A DNA stretch of 14,257 nt from an uncultured Janthinobacterium sp. (lineage in GTDB: Bacteria; Vulcanimicrobiota; Vulcanimicrobiia; Vulcanimicrobiales; Vulcanimicrobiaceae), in contig CAZZXB010000079.1 of assembly GCA_964658025.1 (NCBI GenBank), positions 1 through 14,257 on the forward strand, given 5' to 3'. Made by a program: the position numbers and the translations under genes. A model generated the notes under the pieces. The model had not been told where the DNA came from and did no database searches. It was given only the letters and a program-made list of their open reading frames with translations. How positions within the stretch are numbered: position 1 is the stretch's first letter; every line of letters begins with the position of its first letter. Of this stretch, positions 1 to 8,371 are shown in pieces.

Positions 1-116
1 TCATCGCCTCGATCTGCGCGCTCGAGTATCTCGCAAGCCGCGCGCTCGCCGGTCCGTCACGGATCGCGCGCGGGCGTCGGTCGATCTCCGAACCGGAACC
101 CGAAGCCGGCCGCTGA
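1..116 (+). CDS. Partial (3' end) ORF, possibly the C-terminus of a metal ABC transporter permease (ZnuB-like)
   Basis: Frame starting at base 3 reads IASICALEYLASRALAGPSRIARGRRSISEPEPEAGR then TGA 114-116: a hydrophobic helix followed by a charged tail. It resembles the last helix of Zn/Mn ABC permeases and sits beside a Fur/His-rich gene pair, but only 37 codons are visible. Confidence 0.3.
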   Translation, partial: IASICALEYLASRALAGPSRIARGRRSISEPEPEAGR

Positions 117-182
117 TCGAACCCGGCCGCACGCGAGACGGAGTTGGCCGCGCGCATCGCGCCACGAGCACGTACGGCCGCG

Positions 183-533
183 TCAGACCGTGGCGATCGG
201 TCCGTGATCGTCGCAGTGATCCGCGTGGATGCGGTGGACGTGGCCGTCGACGACGTAATCGATGTGTCCGTCGTGCGGTACGGCTTCGTGGCCGCAGCCG
301 ACGCCGTGATCGTGTTCCGCTTCGTGCGACGAACAGGCGTGATCGGTCGCGCACGCGGCACCGCCCGAGTCCGCGGGGAGTTCGTGCTCGTCGACGTGGT
401 CGCCGTGTACGTGGTGCAAGTGCCCGTCGTGAACGTAGTCGACGTGATCGTCGTGAACGATCGCGACGTGACCGCAATCCTCGCCGTGAAGATGGTCGTG
501 GCGATAGTGGACGTGGTGCTCGATCGCGTTCAT
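183..533 (-). CDS. His-rich putative metal-binding protein (116 aa, 28 His, 5 Cys) with two internal repeats
   Basis: ATG at 533 overlaps the fur stop (ATGA) and follows GAGGGAG. Protein MNAIEHHVHYRHDHLHGEDCGHVAIVHDDHVDYVHDGHLH...HDHGVGCGHEAVPHDGHIDYVVDGHVH...GPIATV. The 773 start in the ORF track would overlap fur and is not credible. Confidence 0.85.
   Translation of the reverse strand: MNAIEHHVHYRHDHLHGEDCGHVAIVHDDHVDYVHDGHLHHVHGDHVDEHELPADSGGAACATDHACSSHEAEHDHGVGCGHEAVPHDGHIDYVVDGHVHRIHADHCDDHGPIATV
204..494 (-). repeat. Intragenic protein-level duplication: two 37-aa units (residues 14-50 and 74-110)
   Basis: Ungapped alignment of HLHGEDCGHVAIVHDDHVDYVHDGHLHHVHGDHVDEH with HDHGVGCGHEAVPHDGHIDYVVDGHVHRIHADHCDDH gives 22/37 identities by hand count. 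Confidence 0.8.
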
Positions 534-949
534 GCGCTCCCTCGGGCTCTCGGACGTTTGCGCGATTCCGTCGCGCACGCGGCGCAGCTGCCGTACAGCG
601 TTACTTCGTGGTGGGTCGATTCGAAGCCGTGCGGCAGAGCGAGATCGACCGAGGCGCATCCTTCGAGTTCGTACACGCGACCGCACGTCGTACACGAAAA
701 ATGATGGTGGTGTGCCTTGCCCGCGACTTCGTACAACGAGACGCGACCCGGAACTTCGACGACGGAGAGCCACCCGTCGTCGAGCAGCGATTTGATCGAG
801 CGGTAGACGGTCGCCATCCCGAGCCCGCTACTCGAGGAAGCCGCGGCGACGTGGACTTCCTCGGTCGAGAGCGGGCGTGCGGCGCGTTCGAAGGCCGACC
901 GGATGGCCTGCTTCTGACGGGTGTTGCGCTCGGAGGAGAGCTTCGGCAC
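530..949 (-). CDS. fur: Fur-family transcriptional regulator (Zur-like)
   Basis: 139 aa, GTG start. Winged-helix motifs RNTRQKQAI and GMATVYRSI, metal site HHHHFSCTTCG and C-terminal GSCAAC (two CxxC). Zn specificity is inferred from context only. Confidence 0.93.
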   Translation of the reverse strand: MPKLSSERNTRQKQAIRSAFERAARPLSTEEVHVAAASSSSGLGMATVYRSIKSLLDDGWLSVVEVPGRVSLYEVAGKAHHHHFSCTTCGRVYELEGCASVDLALPHGFESTHHEVTLYGSCAACATESRKRPRARGSA

Positions 950-993
950 GGAGATACGAATTCGCGAGCGCTTCGCCGGCCCTTGCCGAGACT

Positions 994-1015
994 TAATGAT
1001 ATTGATTTCTCGTTA
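994..1015. promoter_or_regulatory. Candidate Fur/Zur operator in the divergent fur / TonB-receptor promoter region
   Basis: TAATGATATTGATTTCTCGTTA is an AT-rich island in GC-rich DNA. Arms TAATGATA and TCTCGTTA (reverse complement TAACGAGA) match at 6/8, and the left half resembles the Fur-family half-site TGATAAT. Confidence 0.6.
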
Positions 1016-1051
1016 GCAGGAAGGCGTCGGAGCGGGGATAACAGCCGAGCG

Positions 1052-3421
1052 ATGTCACGTTTCGTCCGCGCATCCATCGCCTTCACGATCGCGCTCCTCG
1101 CCGGAGCGAGGTGCGCGACCGCCGCGCCCTCGGGCGCCGATCTCGCGGGGACGATCCTCCGCGACGGGACCGCGCTCGCGAACGCGACGGTCCGCGCGAC
1201 CGGAGACGGGCTGACGGCGAGCGCGCGGACGGACGCACGGGGTCGCTTCGACTTCGCATCGCTCCCGCTCGGCACGTACGACGTCGAGGTTCGCGTCGGC
1301 AATGCGGCGGCGAGCGCGCGCGTCGAGCTCGGTCGCGACGGCGTGACGGTCGCCCTGAACCTGGCCCCGATCCGCGATCTCCGGACGATCGGCATCGTGC
1401 GGACGACGCGCGCGAACGCCGTGCGCGGAAGCGGCGCGGACGTGGCTTGGGACGCGAAATTTCTCGATCGTGCGCCGAGCGGCGGCAGCTTCTCCGAGGC
1501 GTTGATCCAACTGCCGGGCGCGGTGCGCGGCGCGAACGGCGTCGTCCACATCGACGGCGATCACGGCGTGCTCGACTACGTCGTCGACGGCGTGCCGCTC
1601 CCGCAAGATCTCAATCGCGCGATCGGCGGCGAGATCGATCCGAACGACGTCTCGCACGTCGACGTGCTCGAGGGCGCGTTCCCCGCGCAGTACGGATTGC
1701 GCTTCGGTTCCGTCGTCGACGTCGCGACGCGCAGCGGAAGCGGGCCGGCCGGGTTTTCCGGATACGCGCGCGCGGGATCGTACGCGGATCTCGACGCGAG
1801 CCTCGCGTATCACACGCCGCTCGCGAACGGCGGCGGACTCACGGTCGGCATACGCGACGAGCGTGGGACGCGCGGTCTCGATCCGCCGAATTTCGACTCG
1901 CCGCATAACGACTTCGGCGACGCGAACGAATTCGTCCGCATCGTCCGGCCGCGCGGGCCGCAAGACTTCACGAGCCTGACGGTCCTGCATAGCTATCGGA
2001 CGTACCAAATTCCGAACGATGTCGCGAACGGTCAACCCGCGACCTCGGACGATAACGAGACGCAAGAAGACACGTTCCTCAACCTGCAGTTCCACCAGCA
2101 TCTCGGCGCGGGCGGGAGCCTGACGTTCGGCCCCGCGATCAAGATCTCGCGTATTCGCGACTTCGGCGATCCGCGCGACGATTATGCGTTCGGCGAGGCG
2201 TCGCATCTCGCGAGCGGCGGGGCGTCGGACGACTGCGCGAACGCGCTCGCGAGCGGATCGTACGGTCCGGGGACGTGCGCGTTCTCGCTCGCGGGCGATA
2301 AGACGGCGACCGATTATCGCTTCGGCGCCGATTACGTCGGCCGTGCGGGAGCGCACGAGCTGCGCGCCGGGTTCGCGTTCGACAAAGCGGACGTCGGCAA
2401 ACGCTACGCGATCTCGCTGCAGCCGGGCAATTTTCTCGCACCGCTCGTCACGCCCCGTACGCCGGGCTCCGCGACGACCGTCGTCGACGCGAATCCGAAC
2501 TCCGGCAACACGTACGAATCGTACGTCTCGGATCTTTGGAAAATGGGAGATCGCTACACGCTCGAATCGGGTCTCCGCTACGATTATTTCGACATCGCGT
2601 CGACCGGTTTCGATCAGGGGTTCGGCGCCTTCGGTCCGCGGTTCAAATTCACTCGGTCGTTCGGTCCGCGCGCGAACGTCTACGCGTACGTCGGACGCCT
2701 GTTCGAGCCGTTTTCTTTCGAGAACGTCGATCCGCACGTCGCGCAATTATTGAACCTCCCGCTCCAACCGAAGCTCGCACGATTCGATCTCAAACCGGAG
2801 CGCGATACGCTCCTGGAACTCGGCGGGCACGCACCGCTCGGCGCGGGGACGCTCGGCTTTCGCGTGTGGCAAAAGAATGCGAACGATCTCATCGACGACA
2901 CGCAAGTCGGCGTCACGCTCCTGCATCAGGATATCAATTACGTGCTCGGACGGATCTCCCAGGAGACTGTCGCGTACGAGATTCCGCTCGCGCGCGGCGG
3001 ACGCGCGTACGGTTCGCTCGCCCACACCGTCTCGCTCAACAAAGGCTGCGAGACGCAATTGCTCGCGCCGTGCTTCGGCTCGCCGACCGATTTCACGCCC
3101 GCGGATCACGATCAGACCTGGAGCGCGAACGGCGGCTTCGTCGCGAACGACCGTCGCGACGGCTGGCTCTCGTTCGAAGGCGAATACGGGAGCGGGCTTT
3201 CGTCGGCGAGTTGCGCCGCGACGGTCGTCGGGTCGTGCAAACGAACGCCGCACGTCGTGTTTTCCGGGGAGAGAGGGATCGCCATCGCCCCCGGGCTCGC
3301 GCTGACGCTCCGCATCCGCAACCTCTGGAACGATCGCTATTTCGTGACGCTCGACAACGCGCAAGGCAATCATTACGCCGAACCGCGGACGTTCGCGGCC
3401 GGATTGCAATTCGGGCGCTAG
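1052..3421 (+). CDS. TonB-dependent outer-membrane receptor with N-terminal carboxypeptidase-regulatory-like domain, probable metal uptake
   Basis: 789 aa from ATG 1052. Signal peptide MSRFVRASIAFTIALLAGARCATAA; N-domain motif ARTDARGRFDFASLPLGTYDVEV; plug motifs LIQLPG, YVVDGVP, VDVLEGAFPAQYG-RFGSVVDVATRSG; barrel motifs GLRYD, LKPERD, IRNLWNDRY and terminal PRTFAAGLQF. The 608 start in the ORF track overlaps fur. Confidence 0.92.
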   Translation: MSRFVRASIAFTIALLAGARCATAAPSGADLAGTILRDGTALANATVRATGDGLTASARTDARGRFDFASLPLGTYDVEVRVGNAAASARVELGRDGVTVALNLAPIRDLRTIGIVRTTRANAVRGSGADVAWDAKFLDRAPSGGSFSEALIQLPGAVRGANGVVHIDGDHGVLDYVVDGVPLPQDLNRAIGGEIDPNDVSHVDVLEGAFPAQYGLRFGSVVDVATRSGSGPAGFSGYARAGSYADLDASLAYHTPLANGGGLTVGIRDERGTRGLDPPNFDSPHNDFGDANEFVRIVRPRGPQDFTSLTVLHSYRTYQIPNDVANGQPATSDDNETQEDTFLNLQFHQHLGAGGSLTFGPAIKISRIRDFGDPRDDYAFGEASHLASGGASDDCANALASGSYGPGTCAFSLAGDKTATDYRFGADYVGRAGAHELRAGFAFDKADVGKRYAISLQPGNFLAPLVTPRTPGSATTVVDANPNSGNTYESYVSDLWKMGDRYTLESGLRYDYFDIASTGFDQGFGAFGPRFKFTRSFGPRANVYAYVGRLFEPFSFENVDPHVAQLLNLPLQPKLARFDLKPERDTLLELGGHAPLGAGTLGFRVWQKNANDLIDDTQVGVTLLHQDINYVLGRISQETVAYEIPLARGGRAYGSLAHTVSLNKGCETQLLAPCFGSPTDFTPADHDQTWSANGGFVANDRRDGWLSFEGEYGSGLSSASCAATVVGSCKRTPHVVFSGERGIAIAPGLALTLRIRNLWNDRYFVTLDNAQGNHYAEPRTFAAGLQFGR

Positions 3422-3440
3422 CTCGCGAACCGTCGCAACC

Positions 3441-3480
3441 GGCACCGCACGTCGCGCACGGACGCCGTGCGGTATGCCTT
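3441..3480 (+). terminator. Hairpin after the TonB receptor (possible terminator or stability element)
   Basis: CGCACGG-ACG-CCGTGCG (3455-3471), or alternatively ACCGCACG (3444-3451) paired with CGTGCGGT (3466-3473). There is no real U-tract. Confidence 0.35.
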
Positions 3481-3508
3481 CGCGCACGAGGCTCCGCGCG
3501 AACGATGT

Positions 3509-3514
3509 GGGTAT
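3509..3514 (+). promoter_or_regulatory. Possible SigB/SigF-type -10 element (GGGTAT) upstream of the kaiC-like gene
   Basis: Exact GGGTAT ends 6 nt before ATG 3521, with no clear Shine-Dalgarno. The -35 match is poor (GGCTC at 3490-3494). Confidence 0.3.
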
Positions 3515-3520
3515 ACGAAG

Positions 3521-4978
3521 ATGCGCATGAGTAGCGGACGGATCGCGACGGGCATCGAGGGTTTCGACGAAATCCTCGGCGGCGGCTATATGGCCGGCGG
3601 AACCTACCTGCTCAGCGGCGCGCCGGGGACCGGGAAAACGACGCTCGGTTGGCACTTTCTCACGGCACGTAACCGAGGCGAGGAAGCGCTCTACGTCACG
3701 TTCGCGGAGCCGGAATCGGAGCTGCGCAAGAACGCGAGCGCGAGCGGTTTTCGCATCGACGACATCCGGATCATCGATCTCTCCCCGAGTGCCGAAGTCT
3801 TCGCGCGCGGCGAAGTCTACGATCTCTTCTCCGCGAGCGAGGTCGAGCGCGAGCCCACGACCGCACGGATCGTCGAAGCGATCGAGAGCTTCGCGCCGAG
3901 CCGCGTCTTCGTCGACTCGATGACGAGCCTGCGCTTTCTCACGAACGACGCCTTCCAATTCCGTCGACAGGCGTTGTCGTTTCTCCGATTCCTCTCCGCA
4001 CGAGGTGCGACGGTCGTGGTGACGTCCGAATCGACCGTCGAGACGCCCGACGACGAGTTGCGGTTCATCGTCGACGGCGTCGTCGAGCTCGAGATGACCG
4101 ATCGCAACTGGGCGCTTCGCGTTTCGAAATTTCGCGGCTCGTCGTTCCGCAAAGGTCGTCACGGCCTCGTGCTCGGCGAGTCGGGTGCGAGCGTCTTCCC
4201 GCGCTTGCTACCCGAACGATTCGACGCGACGACGACGGCCGACGTCCTGCGGACCGACATCCCGGAATTCGACGCCATGCTCGGCGGCGGGATCGAACGC
4301 GGTACGGTCACGATCCTGAGCGGCCCGACGGGCGTCGGCAAGACGACGCTCGGCATGGAAGTGCTCGCGAACGTCGCGCGGCGCGGCGGCCGAGCCGCGC
4401 TCTACACGTTCGACGAACGGATCGGCACGGTCGTCGGTCGCTGCGAGCATCTCGGCATCCCCGTCGGCGATCTCATCGAGCGCGGCAACCTCGTCGTGCG
4501 CGCGATCGAACCGCTCCGTTACGGACCCGACGAGTTCGCGAGCATCGTCCGTCGCGAGGTCGAAGAGCACGGCACGACGGCCGTGATGATCGACAGCGTG
4601 AGCGGTTACAAGATGACGATCGAAGGCGCCGATCTGCTCGAGCGGATCCACGCGCTCGGGCGTTACTTGCAGAACGTCGGCGTCACGACGTTCCTCATCG
4701 ACGAACTCCCCGACATCGCGACGTTCCGTGCCAGCGGTATCGGCATCAGCTATCTCGCCGACAACGTCGTCTTCTTACGCTACGTCGAGCGCGTGGTCGA
4801 CGGCCGGTACGAACTCGGGCGCGGGATCGGGATCCTCAAGAAGCGCCTTTCGGATTTCGAAAAGGGCGTGCGATTGTTCGAGATCACCTCGCACGGCATC
4901 GCGATCGGCGATCGGATGCCGCTCACGACGCTCTTCTCGTCCACGCCGCCGGCCGATGAACACGCTCCCGAGAACTGA
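3521..4978 (+). CDS. kaiC: KaiC-like double-domain RecA-superfamily ATPase
   Basis: Two tandem domains: TGIEGFDEILGGG...GAPGTGKT...VFVDS...SKFRGS and TDIPEFDAMLGGGI...GPTGVGKT...VMIDS...ISYLADNV...LKKRLS. Start is ATG 3521 or 3527. No kaiA or kaiB in the window, so this is a KaiC-family protein and not necessarily a clock component. Confidence 0.9.
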   Translation: MRMSSGRIATGIEGFDEILGGGYMAGGTYLLSGAPGTGKTTLGWHFLTARNRGEEALYVTFAEPESELRKNASASGFRIDDIRIIDLSPSAEVFARGEVYDLFSASEVEREPTTARIVEAIESFAPSRVFVDSMTSLRFLTNDAFQFRRQALSFLRFLSARGATVVVTSESTVETPDDELRFIVDGVVELEMTDRNWALRVSKFRGSSFRKGRHGLVLGESGASVFPRLLPERFDATTTADVLRTDIPEFDAMLGGGIERGTVTILSGPTGVGKTTLGMEVLANVARRGGRAALYTFDERIGTVVGRCEHLGIPVGDLIERGNLVVRAIEPLRYGPDEFASIVRREVEEHGTTAVMIDSVSGYKMTIEGADLLERIHALGRYLQNVGVTTFLIDELPDIATFRASGIGISYLADNVVFLRYVERVVDGRYELGRGIGILKKRLSDFEKGVRLFEITSHGIAIGDRMPLTTLFSSTPPADEHAPEN

Positions 4979-6473
4979 AACCCGCGCGCGCATCGCCGTC
5001 CTGCTCGCGAACGCCGAGAACCGGCGCCTTCTAGGACAGACGCTTCGCGACCGCTACGACGTGGTGACGGAAATCGATCGCACGCTCGGCTTCGACGAGC
5101 GGGGACCGTTCGATCTGTGCATCGTCGACGAACTCTCGGTGCGCGGCCACGAGAACGCCCTCGCCTTTTTCCGACGCTCCTACGATCCCGTGTATCTGCC
5201 GGTGCTCTTACTCGCGGACCGCCGCACGACCGATCTGCGAAGCGGACGGCTCTGGGATATCGTCGACGACGTGCTCTTCCGTCCGGTCGAGCGCATCGAA
5301 CTCTCGGCACGCGTCGAAGCGCTCCTGCGAACGCGCGCGCTGTCGCTACGCGCGCAGCGCATGACGTCGCTGTACGAACACGAGCGACTCGTCGCGCAGC
5401 GCTTGCAGGACGCGGCGTTACCGAACCTTCCGACCGAGCTCGCGGGACTGCGACTCGACGCCGTCTATCGCCCCGCCGACGACGCGTCGCGCGTCGGCGG
5501 CGATTGGTTCGACGCGCTCCGTCTCCCCGACGGCCGCATCGTCGTGACGATCGGCGACGTCTCGGGTTCGGGGCTCGACGCGGCCGTGACCATGTCGCAG
5601 ATGCGTCACGTGTTGCGCGCCGTCGCGAACGTCCACTCCGACCCCGCGCTCATGATCGATGCCGCGGAACGAACGCTGACGGGCGCGGATTCGTACCGGC
5701 AACTGACGTGTTTCGTCGGCGTGATCGATCTCGTGAGCGAAGAGATCACGTTCGCGTGCGCCGGCCATCCGCCGCCGCTCTTACGCGATGCGAGGGGGAA
5801 CATCGAGGCGCTCGCGTGCGACGGGATGATGCTCGGGACGTCGATCCGCATCCCGCGCGATGCGATGACCGCGGACTTCGAGCCCGGTGCGATGCTCGTG
5901 CTCTACACCGACGGCGTGACCGAAGCGGAACGCGATCCGATCGCGGGCGAAGAAAAACTCATCGCCGCGACCTCGGCGCTCGCGAAGCACGATCCGCGTC
6001 CGGCGACGACGCTCGCCGACGCGATGCGCGTGTCGAGCGCGAACGACGACGTCGCGCTCCTGACCGTATCCTATGCCGCCGGCGACGCGAACGCGTCGCT
6101 CCGGCGATGGTCGTTCGACGCGCGCGATTCGGAGCGCGCGCGCGAGGTGCAAGAAGAGTTCCGGATCGCGCTCGTCGAGCGCAATTTCACGCGAGCGGCG
6201 ACCGCGCTCGCGCAGACCGTGCTCGCCGAATTGCTCGGAAACGTCGTTCGCCACGCTCCGGGACCCGCGGACGTGGTGCTCGACGCCGACGGCTCGCACG
6301 TCGTCCTCAACGTCCTCGATCGCGGCCCGGGCTTCGCGTACTTTCCGAAGCTCCCACAAGATCCGCTCGCGGAACGCGGGCGCGGCATCTTCATCGTCTC
6401 GCGTTTGGTCGAAGAATTCTCGGTCCACCGCCGCCGCCGCGCGGGCAGCCACGCCCGCGCCGTTTTACGCTGA
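4956..6473 (+). CDS. Pseudo-receiver + PP2C/SpoIIE (RsbU-like) phosphatase + RsbW-like HATPase_c fusion protein
   Basis: 505 aa from ATG 4956, overlapping kaiC by 23 nt. REC-like N-terminus (RIAVLLAN, FDLCIVDE, LPVLLL, DDVLFRPV..EL.ARV); PP2C motifs VGGDWFD, IGDVSGSG, AGHPPP, LYTDGVTE, DDVALL; GHKL motifs ELLGNVVRHA, DRGPG, ERGRGIFIV. Confidence 0.9.
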   Translation: MNTLPRTETRARIAVLLANAENRRLLGQTLRDRYDVVTEIDRTLGFDERGPFDLCIVDELSVRGHENALAFFRRSYDPVYLPVLLLADRRTTDLRSGRLWDIVDDVLFRPVERIELSARVEALLRTRALSLRAQRMTSLYEHERLVAQRLQDAALPNLPTELAGLRLDAVYRPADDASRVGGDWFDALRLPDGRIVVTIGDVSGSGLDAAVTMSQMRHVLRAVANVHSDPALMIDAAERTLTGADSYRQLTCFVGVIDLVSEEITFACAGHPPPLLRDARGNIEALACDGMMLGTSIRIPRDAMTADFEPGAMLVLYTDGVTEAERDPIAGEEKLIAATSALAKHDPRPATTLADAMRVSSANDDVALLTVSYAAGDANASLRRWSFDARDSERAREVQEEFRIALVERNFTRAATALAQTVLAELLGNVVRHAPGPADVVLDADGSHVVLNVLDRGPGFAYFPKLPQDPLAERGRGIFIVSRLVEEFSVHRRRRAGSHARAVLR

Positions 6474-6494
6474 CCCGCACGCCGACGGACGCCG

Positions 6495-8317
<1,823 letters not shown>

Positions 8318-8325
8318 ATGCGCTC

Positions 8326-8354
8326 ACTCTACGGCGAGGGTCGCACGATGTCAA
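8326..8354 (-). promoter_or_regulatory. Sigma70-type promoter for the riboswitch-thiC transcript
   Basis: Minus strand TTGACA (8354-8349), 17-nt spacer, TAGAGT (8331-8326). Predicted start near 8319, immediately 5' of aptamer P1. Confidence 0.8.
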
Positions 8355-8371
8355 TGCGAACGTGCGGGAAC

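Noticed and set aside
117..182. Repeated GGCCGC words between convergent genes as a terminator or REP element
   Set aside because: They are short GC words with no convincing stem or U-tract and are expected by chance.
144..704. 186-aa Val-rich + strand ORF
   Set aside because: It is the antisense shadow of the His/Asp codons of the His-rich gene and of fur.
608..1051. Long N-terminal extensions in the ORF track (receptor from 608; likewise 3467, 4728, 8192 and 13000 for later genes)
   Set aside because: They overlap neighbouring genes or the riboswitch; downstream starts fit the signal peptide, domain boundaries or stop/start coupling better.
3521..4978. Bona fide circadian clock (kaiABC) or RadA/Sms repair protein
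   Set aside because: There is no kaiA or kaiB and the ST site is SY; there is no RadA zinc finger or Lon-like domain.
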